A stretch of DNA of 64,000 bases from IMG/VR virus record IMGVR_UViG_3300009466_000002. One strand, 5' to 3'. The first letter of the stretch is position 1, and every line of letters begins with the position of its first letter. This document shows positions 52,931 to 62,117 of the stretch, piece after piece. The translations under genes were made by a program, and so were the position numbers. This stretch comes from an uncultured virus (IMG/VR IMGVR_UViG_3300009466_000002) (taxonomy: Duplodnaviria; Heunggongvirae; Uroviricota; Caudoviricetes). The notes under the pieces were generated by a model. It was not told where the DNA came from, made no database searches, and worked only from the letters and a program-made list of their open reading frames with translations.

Positions 52931-54196
52931 TTACTTAGTGGCGGTGAGGGGGCGCTTCCAGGCATCCGCTTGCCGTGCTCGGTAGGAGTCCACCGGGGAA
53001 GCGGAACCGCGACCGGCGCCTTTGAGGGCGTCGCGCAGGGAAGTGGTGCTGTCGGCGCGATCTTCCTTGGTCTCGGGCTCTTCGCCTTCGGCCTCGGGAG
53101 CGTCACCTTCGGCCTCGTCGGCTTTGTCCTCGTCGTCAGCGCGGGCGCTGAGGATGCCGTCCACGACGCCTTGGATGTAGGCGGGGGAGGCGTCTTCGCG
53201 AGGAGCGGAACCGGTGAGGTTCTCGAAGGCTTGGGTGTAGAGCGCGTCATCGTCGACGCCGTCGAACTTGAAGTCCTCGGCGAAGGCGGGGGCGAGGCGC
53301 TGGAGGGTCGTCAGGCGAGCAGCGACGAGCTGGTCGAGCTCGGCGGTGTCGATGCGGGCGGCGCCGGACTCGAGCTCGGTGACGCGCTCGTCGAGAGCGT
53401 CGGCTCGGCCTTCAGCGGCCTCTTTGTCGTAGGCGAGGGCGTCGATCTCTTCCTGTTGGGCGTCGAGCTTTTTGGTGAGCTCGTCGCGCTCGGTGGTCAC
53501 AGATTTCAGCTGGCGCTCCATGTCCCGTGCGAAGGACTGGACCGCGCTAGCTGCTTCTGCGGGCAGATCGATCTCCAGGCCGTCGAGTTTGACGGTGGCC
53601 ATAACGGGAGATGCAGTTGTACAGGGCTGGAGCGCCGGATCGATGGCGACGGCGTCGGCCGCGTCCATGCGATCCATGAGAAGGCGTACCTCCGGGCCAG
53701 CCCGGCCACGGGGCACGATGGCGATGTGGTTTACCCGGATGTTGCGTTGGACACCGGCGTACTCTTCGCCCTCGGGTGTTAATCCGGGGGTGGGGTCGAA
53801 ATCGACCTTGTAGCCAGCGGACACCTCAGTGGCGTCTTTGCGTTTGATCTTCTCGATGGCGTCTTGGTCAGTGACGACCAGAGCGACTTCGACGAATCCG
53901 TCGTTGTACCGAACTTGACTACCGGAGTAGCCGACTTGGTACTGCTTGGTGTTCGCGGCGTCGAGAAGAACCGGGGGGTGGCCCCACGTCGCGGGTTTCA
54001 TACCGAACGTGGTGAGGGAATCAGGGTTGCTGACTTCCTCGGGTGGGCGGTATTCCCGGACTTGGGATCCATCTGCGCGGCGGTAGAGCTGAGTGCCCGT
54101 CCGCGCTGCACGACACCACACTCGGAGGTAACCCTCGTCGGTGGTTTCGCTGCCTGTGATAGGCGCGAAGTCGTAGCGAGAAACAGATGTTTCCAT
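52931..54196 (-). CDS. DUF2213 prohead protease/scaffold protein
   Basis: T.EGYL, ARTG.Q.Y, YRPPEEV, T.GHP, EVSAGY, QRNIR.NHIAIV.RGRAG; coiled-coil C-terminus. Confidence 0.92.
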   Translation of the reverse strand: METSVSRYDFAPITGSETTDEGYLRVWCRAARTGTQLYRRADGSQVREYRPPEEVSNPDSLTTFGMKPATWGHPPVLLDAANTKQYQVGYSGSQVRYNDGFVEVALVVTDQDAIEKIKRKDATEVSAGYKVDFDPTPGLTPEGEEYAGVQRNIRVNHIAIVPRGRAGPEVRLLMDRMDAADAVAIDPALQPCTTASPVMATVKLDGLEIDLPAEAASAVQSFARDMERQLKSVTTERDELTKKLDAQQEEIDALAYDKEAAEGRADALDERVTELESGAARIDTAELDQLVAARLTTLQRLAPAFAEDFKFDGVDDDALYTQAFENLTGSAPREDASPAYIQGVVDGILSARADDEDKADEAEGDAPEAEGEEPETKEDRADSTTSLRDALKGAGRGSASPVDSYRARQADAWKRPLTATK

Positions 54197-54258
54197 GGCA
54201 CCACATTACGTGCTTCGCGTGTAATGAGTAGCCTTAAACGGTAAGCGGATAGAGCTCT

Positions 54259-54474
54259 GTGGCCATTCACAGGCAGTTGGCGCTGTGTCGTCGTATTAGA
54301 GGCTTAAGGGAGTCGAGTGGGCTCACACAAATGCAGGTTGCAGAGACACTTTGTGTGAGTCAGGCGGCGTACAGCAGGCTGGAAAAGGGAGAGGTTGAGA
54401 TTTCACTCTCAAAGTTGTTTGTTTTGGCTGAGCTCTATGGGATGTCGTTGCACAAGCTGATCGACGGGATTTAG
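54259..54474 (+). CDS. XRE-family HTH regulator (antisense within the head operon)
   Basis: IRGLRE..GLTQ.QVAE.L.VSQAAYSRLEKG. Confidence 0.88.
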   Translation: MAIHRQLALCRRIRGLRESSGLTQMQVAETLCVSQAAYSRLEKGEVEISLSKLFVLAELYGMSLHKLIDGI

Positions 54475-54644
54475 GCGTTCCAGACTTCGGTGTGCCATAC
54501 AACGGCACCTTCGCCGATGAGGCGTTGGCGGATATCCGGGGCTTCGTGGACGGGGCAGAGCAGGGTCTGGGCGCCGGCGTGGTTCCAGAACCAGATGCGG
54601 GTGTAGGCGTGCTCGGGGAGCTTGGCCGGTTTCACGTCACTCAT
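54471..54644 (-). CDS. hypothetical protein (57 aa)
   Basis: MSDVKPAKLPEHAYTRIWFW...; ATGA overlap. Confidence 0.6.
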   Translation of the reverse strand: MSDVKPAKLPEHAYTRIWFWNHAGAQTLLCPVHEAPDIRQRLIGEGAVVWHTEVWNA

Positions 54645-55486
54645 CGGCGACTGGTCTTGCCGGAGCACTTCCACTTGGCGCGGGAGAGGCACAGCGGCGT
54701 GTTGCGCTCGGCGCCGGAGCAGTTGTAGCCCTCGGATTTCATGTCGCCGAAGCTGCGGGCGCAGTAACGGTCGCCTTTGTCGGTGCCGGGGGCGATCTTG
54801 TAGCCCTTGGCGCCGTAGCGGACGGTGTTTTTGCGGCCGGTCTTGGGGTTGGTGACGGTTTTGGCGTATTTCTTGCCGTCCTCGGTGTCGCGGCGCAGGG
54901 GCGGCTGAAGCTGGACCGGGGCGTAGTGCTGGATGTAGTTGTCGCGACGGGGTTTGCGGTAGCCGGGCTCGTAGCGGCGGCGCAGCTTCTCCACCGTCAG
55001 GTTGTGGGTGCGCATGCCGCTGCGGAGTGATGCGCGGGTGGCTTTGCCGGCCTTGTACATGGCCCCGCCTACAGCGGTGGCGCGCTCGATCTCGGATTGG
55101 GCGGCTTCGGCGATGGCACGCTCGGCTTCTTGGTTGGCGGTCTTGGCAGCGGTGCGCAGGCGCTCGGTCTTGGAGGGCGGGCGCATGTTGTTCAGGGCCT
55201 CGCCGCGGAAGCGCATTGAGGGTTTCGGAGCCGTGGCACGGTGGACGGCCGCGGTGATTCCGCGTTGGGCGGTGCGCTGAATTGCAGTGGGGCTGCCCAG
55301 GAGAGCCTTGCGGCTGCCTTTATTGAGGAGTACGGCACCGACAGCACCGGCGGTAAGGCCGGCGGCGATGGCTTTGCCTGTGGGGAAAGAGCCCTTTTGG
55401 CGGCAGGTTTTGCTCGCCGCGATGTGGCTTTGGCCACAAGGGCGGCCCTGGGCATCGAGGCGGAGAGTGGCGGGAGTTAAGGCCAC
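54641..55486 (-). CDS. modular head-operon protein (RxD/Cys-knuckle; C-terminal basic YCARS domain)
   Basis: RLDAQGRPCGQSHIAASKTCR; RRDT-EDGKKY..V.NPKTGR..TVRYG...YCARS...KWKC. Confidence 0.75.
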   Translation of the reverse strand: MALTPATLRLDAQGRPCGQSHIAASKTCRQKGSFPTGKAIAAGLTAGAVGAVLLNKGSRKALLGSPTAIQRTAQRGITAAVHRATAPKPSMRFRGEALNNMRPPSKTERLRTAAKTANQEAERAIAEAAQSEIERATAVGGAMYKAGKATRASLRSGMRTHNLTVEKLRRRYEPGYRKPRRDNYIQHYAPVQLQPPLRRDTEDGKKYAKTVTNPKTGRKNTVRYGAKGYKIAPGTDKGDRYCARSFGDMKSEGYNCSGAERNTPLCLSRAKWKCSGKTSRR

Positions 55487-55489
55487 AGC

Positions 55490-56488
55490 TCAGATCGCGA
55501 GTTGGTCGAGCTCGGGGGTGAAGCCGGCGGCGTAGACGGAGTCGCGGCGGCGACGGTTGGAGTTGGTCCAGACCTGGGTGCTATTGCGCTGGAGAATCCG
55601 ATCGATCTCACCGGCCTGTTTGATCGAGAGGTTCGTCAGCTCTTGTCGAGAAGCGCCTCCAGCTTTTGCTTTTTCGTACTCGGCTTTCCACTGTGGGTTC
55701 TTAGCGGCGATAGCGGTTTGCGCCTTTCTGCTGTTCTGCCTGTTGCGGACAAAGGCACGCCCCGCTCGATTGCCAATAGCTTCTCCAGCACCGCGAGCTG
55801 CACCGGTTGCCGCGCCGTAGAGAGCGCCAGCTCCAGCGCCAGCTGCTGCCTGAGCTAGGCCGGCTCCCGGCTTACCTGTAAGAGCACCAGCGATAAAACC
55901 GCCGGCAGCACCCATGAGCGCGCCTTTAATAGCGCCGGACTTGGCTTCTGCTTTGGCGCGTCCCTTAACGCTGTAATTAGCGTTGGGATCGACTTTCTGC
56001 GCTGCCCCCTTGGTGCATTTTTCGCCCTCGGAGATGGCGCCGTTACCGCATTTGAGGTCAAGGCGCTCAGCGGCGTCGAGGCGGGCACGGATGTAGGTGC
56101 GACTGCGGTTTTGGATGCCGAGCTCGCAGGCGGTCAGGTACTCCTGAGGGGTGAGGGAGTCCATCTTCTTCATGTAGCCGCCGTCCTTCATGGACTTGCC
56201 GCAGCTGCCGTCGCATTTGCCTTTGCGGCCCTTGGACATGCAGCCGCACTCGGCATCCATGGGCTTTTTGCCGTACATACCGTCGGCAGCGGGCTTGGTG
56301 TTCTTGGCGCCCTTGGCACTGCGCTTACGGGAGTGGGACTTGGCACCGTCCATCTCTTCGCTGCCCATCTCCTCCTCTTCTTCGCCCTCGGGCTTGATTT
56401 CGATCTCGATGGAGGGCTTGCTCTTGTCGGCGCGGCCTTCGCGGAGACCCTTCTCGTAAGCGGCGGACTTCTTAGAGGGGGTAGCCAT
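55490..56488 (-). CDS. modular head-operon protein (charged leader, RxD/Cys-knuckle, Gly zipper)
   Basis: RARLDAAERLDLKCGNGAISEGEKC; GALMGAAGGFIAGA; RRDS. Confidence 0.75.
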   Translation of the reverse strand: MATPSKKSAAYEKGLREGRADKSKPSIEIEIKPEGEEEEEMGSEEMDGAKSHSRKRSAKGAKNTKPAADGMYGKKPMDAECGCMSKGRKGKCDGSCGKSMKDGGYMKKMDSLTPQEYLTACELGIQNRSRTYIRARLDAAERLDLKCGNGAISEGEKCTKGAAQKVDPNANYSVKGRAKAEAKSGAIKGALMGAAGGFIAGALTGKPGAGLAQAAAGAGAGALYGAATGAARGAGEAIGNRAGRAFVRNRQNSRKAQTAIAAKNPQWKAEYEKAKAGGASRQELTNLSIKQAGEIDRILQRNSTQVWTNSNRRRRDSVYAAGFTPELDQLAI

Positions 56489-56563
56489 GGCGGGAGGGCG
56501 CGTCCGCCCGGTTCCTGATAGGGACAGTTTATGGGCGTGTCATAAAAGAGATAAATGTCGTCT

Positions 56564-57439
56564 CTACCCGACAGGCGTTGGGGCGAGTTGCTCGAACACC
56601 GCGGCGCGGTTGAGGTTGACGAGCTCGGGGGAGAGTCGAGCGACGGCGGCGCTCACTTCTTGGGTGTGGCGCTCACGTTGTCCTGCGTAGTCGGCGTCGA
56701 TCGCAGCGAGATCGGCGTCCCACGGGGCGAGGTAGCAGCGGCACCGTGGATGACAAGGAGCTTTGACCTCGGCGCGTTTGTAGATCTGGCCCGCTCGGGG
56801 GGCGCAGATATCGCAGGACCGATCATCCGCTGTGGCGTACCACATACAAAGGTCGATGCCTTGTGTGGCGTAGTACGTGTTGGAGGCGTCGTTGTAGGCG
56901 CGCAGTGACTCCGTGCGGACGATGGCTTCGGCGCGGGCTTTGACGACGCCGAGGCGGGAGCGCATGTCCTGGATGATCGACGAAGTCGGGCGACCTTCGG
57001 CGACACCCTGGGCCACGATCTCGGCTGAGGTGGTGGCGAAGCGTTCGCCGTGTTTGCGCAGGTAGCCCTTGGATTGGGCGGCGGCTGCAGCGGTTGCTTC
57101 GAGGGGGATCGAAACGTCGATGCGGGGACGGCCGGGGCGCATTTGCTCGGTGAGGTTGGACGCGACCTCGATCCCGCGGGTGCCGGCCTCGCCAACGAGG
57201 TTGCGCAGGAGCGTGTCGTAGGCGTCGACGCGGTCGGGGCGGAACGCTGGCACAAGATTCCGGAACTCCTGCAGGAGAGCGAGGTTGCGCTGGGTGGGAT
57301 CGACGTAGCCCGCGCGCATGTGGACCCGAGCTCGGCGCACCAGGCGGTTGAAGCTTTGGTCGAGGACGCGGTTCAGTAGGCGCAGCGTGCTGTCCTCGGT
57401 GGTGCGGAGCAGCAGGTTGTAGCGCTCAACGACGTCCAT
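56564..57439 (-). CDS. head morphogenesis protein (SPP1 gp7/MuF)
   Basis: RAE.IVRTE...AYN, W.AT.DDR.C.IC, P.HPRCRC. Confidence 0.92.
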   Translation of the reverse strand: MDVVERYNLLLRTTEDSTLRLLNRVLDQSFNRLVRRARVHMRAGYVDPTQRNLALLQEFRNLVPAFRPDRVDAYDTLLRNLVGEAGTRGIEVASNLTEQMRPGRPRIDVSIPLEATAAAAAQSKGYLRKHGERFATTSAEIVAQGVAEGRPTSSIIQDMRSRLGVVKARAEAIVRTESLRAYNDASNTYYATQGIDLCMWYATADDRSCDICAPRAGQIYKRAEVKAPCHPRCRCYLAPWDADLAAIDADYAGQRERHTQEVSAAVARLSPELVNLNRAAVFEQLAPTPVG

Positions 57440-60113
57440 GAAGGGCAGGGTGCGAAGGCTTAGCCCAGCCCGCAGCATCACCTCGGATTAGACCCGCCAT
57501 GTACTCCATCTGCGCGTCAGGAATCTCCGTGAATTTGCCCTGGTTCTTCAGAGCCCACAAACGCTCGGTTTTCAGCCCTGGGATGGGTTTGAAGCCCATG
57601 CCTTCATAGATCGATTTGCGCTTCCCGCCTTTACCATCCGCCTTGTGAGGTACGGCGAACATGACGGCATTCTCGGGGAGCATCTCCAGCTGCGCCTGAT
57701 ACATGGCCTTGGTGGTGCGGATCAGCTGTTTGGCTTGGGCACCGGGCATACCCCCTTTGGAGTCATAGCTGCTGTCGATGGTGAAGCCGAGGCCGTACTG
57801 AGGGAACTTAGATACGTTCCCTTTGCGCTCAGCGCCGAAGGTTAGAAGGCTGTCACCTACAGAACCAACTGACATCTGAGTGCCATTGGGCATTTCCCAG
57901 GTTGAGAAGTTGTTTTTCACATCGACGGCTCGAATTTGCCCACCTTGAGCTTTGAGAGCCATATGGGCTGCGGCGTTTTTAGCGCCCCCAACGAGTTGAC
58001 GTGCTTGGCCCTGGAAACGCTCGGGGATTTTGTCCAGACCCGCCTTCACTTGCGCGGACGACATGGCGTCGATGGTCTTTTTGCTGAGCGAAGGCACCAA
58101 GGCTTGGCGCTGCTTGTAGGCGAGCAGGCCACCGACGGCTAAAGCAGCGCCAGCTGCGGCACCGGCGGCTAAAGCGACTTTCGCGGCAGTTTTGCCCTGG
58201 CCGCTCTCGGGAGCCGAAGCGCCTTGGCCCTTCCTGCACTCATGCGCCTTCGGGATGTGGGAGGCGCCGCAGGGCTTTCCCAGGCGTCCGCCCTCCTTGA
58301 AGTCGGCGCGGGCGGCGAGGTAGGTGGCGGTGCGGACGAGCTCGGGGGAGACGTCGTCTTCGTCGCCGCGGCGGGAGATGATCCGGTCCGCTTCGGCAGC
58401 GGCGGCTTCGGGAGAGAGACCGCCTTGGGTGAGGGTGCGGATCAGCTCAGCACGAGAGCGGAGCCGGCGACGAGCGGCGCGGGGTTGGCCGGCAGCGCTA
58501 GGTGCTGCTGGACGAGGAGTGGCTTCGCGGGGGGAGCGGACACGGACAGCGCCGGTGAAGCCGTACTCGGATTGGAGTAGGCGCATGGCGTCTGCGGTCG
58601 TGGTGATCGGCCGGCCGGCCAGCTCGGAAGCGGCGCTGAGGGCGAGGCGGTCGGTGATGGAGTAGGTGCTGCTTCGGGTGCCGGCAACGCGGGTGGCGAA
58701 GTAGGCGGTGCGAACCAGCTCGGCGTGGGCGTCGCCGGCAACAGGGCGAGTCAAACCCATCCGGCCTGAGAGATAGCGCGCTCGGGTGAGGTCGGCGGAG
58801 CCAAGGATCTCGCCGTAGCCACGTTGGCGGAGAGAGGGGTCAAGGGCGCTGGCGCCTGCGGTGTTGCGGGCGATGTCGCCGACTTCCTTGTAGAAGTCGT
58901 TAAAACCGCGAACCGTGCGGCCATACACCGTGTTGGCGTAGGCGGCGGGGCTGCGGGTAAGGACACCCTCGATGTGACCTTCGAGCTCGCGGCGGATTGC
59001 AGGGGAGTAGCCGGCAGAGCCTCCGGTGCTGCGGACCACGCCGCGCATGAAGGGACCGAGATCAGCTTCGTTGATGGCTTCGCGACCACCGGAGCGGGAG
59101 ACGCGGAAGCCTTGTTGTTTGGCCAGGGCGATGAGGTCACCACGCTCGGTTTCGACCCGGGCGGTGATGGCGTCTTTGATGGAGCGGGTGGTTAGGGCCT
59201 CGTCGCCGGTGAGTTGGAACTGACGGGCGAGGTGCTCCTCGGCGGTGGGGCGAGCGAAAACGCTGAACTTGGAGTTGCGGTCAGCGCCAACGCCGGACTC
59301 GGCGATGCTGGAGGTCCAGAAGGCTTGGCGGTGCTTTTGGTTCCAGGTGTAGAAGTTGTCGGAGCCGGCTTCGCGGTCGATGCGGTTGGTGTCGACGACG
59401 AGTTGGCCGGCGTTGTCGCGCAGTGGGGCGCGAGACAACATCGCTTCACCGCCGGTGCCGAGGGTGGCGCGCATGGCGTCGGGACCGGAGACGGCCTCGG
59501 TGGCGAAGCGGGAGGCGGCAGCGCCAACGGCACCCGACACAGCGCCGCGGGTACGGGCTCTCTGAGCCCCGACTAACGGCAGCGAGTCGAAGACTCGGCT
59601 GATGCCTGCACGGGTGGCGCTGTTGATGTTGGCGCCGAGGCCGTTCCGGTAGCCGAACGTGTTGTTCTTCATCAGGATCGCGTGGATCCCGAGGCCGCCG
59701 GTGACGACGGCTAGGCCAATACCGATGGCGCGGGTGCGGTCTTCGAGCTTCTTCTGGAGCTCTTTCTTCTGCTGGATGTTGCCCGGGGCGACTTTGACAG
59801 CGCCGCGGATGATGGCGCGCTTGCCGCCCTCGACCTCAGAGAAGTTGCCGCGGACGATGCCGCGGGTGATGCGGGAGGCGCCGCGTTGGATGTTGGCGAG
59901 GCCGCCGAGGGGGTCGGTCTTGACGGCACGGAGATGAGGGTCAGTGCCTTGGCCCTTGAGGCGGCAGTCCCAACTCGGGGGGATGCAGCGGTTGCCGCAG
60001 CGGACGTTGGGCGGGTTGCACTGGACGTTGCGCGTGGTCTTGCGGGCGTCGAGGCGGGCCTTGGCGGCGAGGTAAGCCGCAGTCCGGAAGCCTTCGGGAG
60101 TGGTGTTGTTCAT
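57426..60113 (-). CDS. large modular head-operon protein (two RxD/Cys-knuckle modules)
   Basis: RTAAYLAAKARLD..C..CG.RCIP...C and RTATYLAARAD..PCGASHIP..HEC. Confidence 0.8.
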   Translation of the reverse strand: MNNTTPEGFRTAAYLAAKARLDARKTTRNVQCNPPNVRCGNRCIPPSWDCRLKGQGTDPHLRAVKTDPLGGLANIQRGASRITRGIVRGNFSEVEGGKRAIIRGAVKVAPGNIQQKKELQKKLEDRTRAIGIGLAVVTGGLGIHAILMKNNTFGYRNGLGANINSATRAGISRVFDSLPLVGAQRARTRGAVSGAVGAAASRFATEAVSGPDAMRATLGTGGEAMLSRAPLRDNAGQLVVDTNRIDREAGSDNFYTWNQKHRQAFWTSSIAESGVGADRNSKFSVFARPTAEEHLARQFQLTGDEALTTRSIKDAITARVETERGDLIALAKQQGFRVSRSGGREAINEADLGPFMRGVVRSTGGSAGYSPAIRRELEGHIEGVLTRSPAAYANTVYGRTVRGFNDFYKEVGDIARNTAGASALDPSLRQRGYGEILGSADLTRARYLSGRMGLTRPVAGDAHAELVRTAYFATRVAGTRSSTYSITDRLALSAASELAGRPITTTADAMRLLQSEYGFTGAVRVRSPREATPRPAAPSAAGQPRAARRRLRSRAELIRTLTQGGLSPEAAAAEADRIISRRGDEDDVSPELVRTATYLAARADFKEGGRLGKPCGASHIPKAHECRKGQGASAPESGQGKTAAKVALAAGAAAGAALAVGGLLAYKQRQALVPSLSKKTIDAMSSAQVKAGLDKIPERFQGQARQLVGGAKNAAAHMALKAQGGQIRAVDVKNNFSTWEMPNGTQMSVGSVGDSLLTFGAERKGNVSKFPQYGLGFTIDSSYDSKGGMPGAQAKQLIRTTKAMYQAQLEMLPENAVMFAVPHKADGKGGKRKSIYEGMGFKPIPGLKTERLWALKNQGKFTEIPDAQMEYMAGLIRGDAAGWAKPSHPALHGRR

Positions 60114-61954
60114 CAGTACTGCTCCCAGCCGGCGCGGAGGGCTTCGAGTTCACCCTCGGGGACAGGGGAGAGCCCTGCCACATTCTGTCGAGGGAAGAGG
60201 GCGACCAGTCCCTGTTTGGCCGCGCGCATCGAGGCGAAGCCGGTGACGTAGGGGCCATCGATTAGGGCACCGTCGGGGCCGTCGAACCGCGCTCGGTAGA
60301 GCTTGTACGCCTTGGTGCGATGGGGGCCGAAGACGGTGAGCGGCGCAGCAGCGCTGGAGTCGGTGCGTTGGCCGTCGGGGCCGACGAGGTGGCCGGCGCG
60401 GATGTCGCCCTCGGTGTGGGTGACGCGGATGCGGAGACCCTGGGCTTCGTAGAGGTCGAAGGTGTCGCTGCGCGGAGGCGTGTCGGGGAGGACCGGTTCG
60501 TCCTGTTCAGACGGCTGTGCTTCTTCGGGTGGCGGGGTCTGCAGCGCCTGGGCTTGGGCGGCGTAGCTCATCATCGAGCTCTGGAAGGAGGCGTCGGCCT
60601 GGGTAATGAGTTGCTCGGTGACCGCCTCGTTGAGCGTGGTGTCGATGCTGTACTCGGTGCCGCCGAAGCGGGCTTCGCGCACTTCGAGAGCATTAAGGAC
60701 ACCGAGGTTGATGTACTGCGCGTCGACCTGCGCTACTTGGAGACGTAGGGCGGCGCGCTCGGTGTCGGTCTCGGTGAAGACGCTGGGGAATTCGACGGCC
60801 CAGCTTTGTGGGGGGCGGCCGCGGGTTGGTCCTTCGCTCGAGACGAGGATGTACTGGAAGACTTCGGTGATCGCAGTGCGGAGGTAGACCTCCTGCCAGC
60901 GCTCGACGAGGGAGGCCCAGACGCGCTCCTCGAAGCGGCCCTCTTTGCCAAGGCCGCCGGGGCTGTCGCCCATCAGGATTGAGGCGGGCCAGCCGGTGGC
61001 GGCTTGGAGGTCCTTGACGAAGGGGTCGGTCGCTGAGGCGATGTTGCTCAGGGCACGGTTGAGGAACTGCAGGTCCTCCTCGACGTCGACAACCATGCCG
61101 CCGTAGACGCTGCGGCTGAGGTTGTTGGCTTCGAGGCGCTTGCGCAGGTCGCTCTCGTTGCCGGAGGCGACGCGGTTGAAGAGGCCGGGGATCTTGTGGA
61201 CGAAGAGGTCGGAATCGGTGGTCATCGACTCCAGGCCGGCCATGGCGCTCTCGTAGCGCTTGAAGGATTCCCAGATCAGTTGGAGGACGGATTGGCCCCA
61301 GCCGGTGTTGCGAACGCGGACGTTCCAGGGCAGGTAGAGGCCGTCGAAGCGCGCGATGCGGGATGAGTGAATGCGCACATTGACATAGCTGCCCTGTTGA
61401 TCGGAGGTCAGGCGCTGGGAGGTGGTGATCCGGTAGTGCGACGGCTTGGAGTAGTCGGTGATCGAGTAGTCCTCGGGGATCAGCTCGTGCCGCGACAGGG
61501 GGACGTAGCCGCGAATCGCGCGGATGCGGGCGAGGTCGACGGGTTCCTCAGGCTCGAGGCCGTCGTCGATCAGCAGGACGAGACCGGCACCGCCGTAGAG
61601 GCGCTGGAGCTTGACGACCTCGGAAAGCGCCTGGTGGAACTGGGTGTCTTTGAGGTACTCCTCGAAGCCGGCGATCAGATCGTTGGCCTGGGGTTCGTCA
61701 TCGCCGCCGAGCTTGATCGTGGTGCGGTGGCGCAGGATCTCGTCGGAAATGGCGTCGACGTAGCGACGGGGGATGCCGTGGGTATAGAGCGCTTCGAGTT
61801 CGCTCTCGGCTAGGAAGGTTCGAGAGCTGACAACGGTGCTAACTGTTTTGTCCTTGGCAGGTGTACCCATGCCGGTGAGGACGTTAACAAGTGCGCCATC
61901 ATTTCTAATACTACTTTTATCCTTCCGGAATGTATCGGTAGGAACATGCTCCAC
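60113..61954 (-). CDS. portal protein (DUF1073) with C-terminal extension
   Basis: N..TGMG...DK, RLYGGA, IH.SR..RFDG, GWG.S.LQ, P.SILMG.SPGG; follows TerL. Confidence 0.92.
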   Translation of the reverse strand: MEHVPTDTFRKDKSSIRNDGALVNVLTGMGTPAKDKTVSTVVSSRTFLAESELEALYTHGIPRRYVDAISDEILRHRTTIKLGGDDEPQANDLIAGFEEYLKDTQFHQALSEVVKLQRLYGGAGLVLLIDDGLEPEEPVDLARIRAIRGYVPLSRHELIPEDYSITDYSKPSHYRITTSQRLTSDQQGSYVNVRIHSSRIARFDGLYLPWNVRVRNTGWGQSVLQLIWESFKRYESAMAGLESMTTDSDLFVHKIPGLFNRVASGNESDLRKRLEANNLSRSVYGGMVVDVEEDLQFLNRALSNIASATDPFVKDLQAATGWPASILMGDSPGGLGKEGRFEERVWASLVERWQEVYLRTAITEVFQYILVSSEGPTRGRPPQSWAVEFPSVFTETDTERAALRLQVAQVDAQYINLGVLNALEVREARFGGTEYSIDTTLNEAVTEQLITQADASFQSSMMSYAAQAQALQTPPPEEAQPSEQDEPVLPDTPPRSDTFDLYEAQGLRIRVTHTEGDIRAGHLVGPDGQRTDSSAAAPLTVFGPHRTKAYKLYRARFDGPDGALIDGPYVTGFASMRAAKQGLVALFPRQNVAGLSPVPEGELEALRAGWEQY

Positions 61955-62019
61955 GGCGGTGTGGGCGAGGGGCGATGTACAAAGCGTATCGCTGGAGTGC
62001 GAAAGTTTTAGGGAAAAAG

Positions 62020-62117
62020 CTGTCTTTACAAAGACAGTGTTGAGCGTATAGAAGTTGGCCTTCAGGCGTCAAACTCGGGGGTTTTGTGCGTAAGTCGAAA
62101 GGATCGTGCGTAAGTCG
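62020..62117. promoter_or_regulatory. inverted repeat and 12-bp direct repeat between HNH and portal
   Basis: ctgtcttt-ac-aaagacag 62020-62037; gtgcgtaagtcg at 62086 and 62106. Confidence 0.45.

Noticed and set aside
60113..61954. Anti-CBASS Acb1 (a label sometimes attached to DUF1073)
   Set aside because: No 2H-phosphoesterase HxT/S pair was recognised; position and motifs indicate portal.
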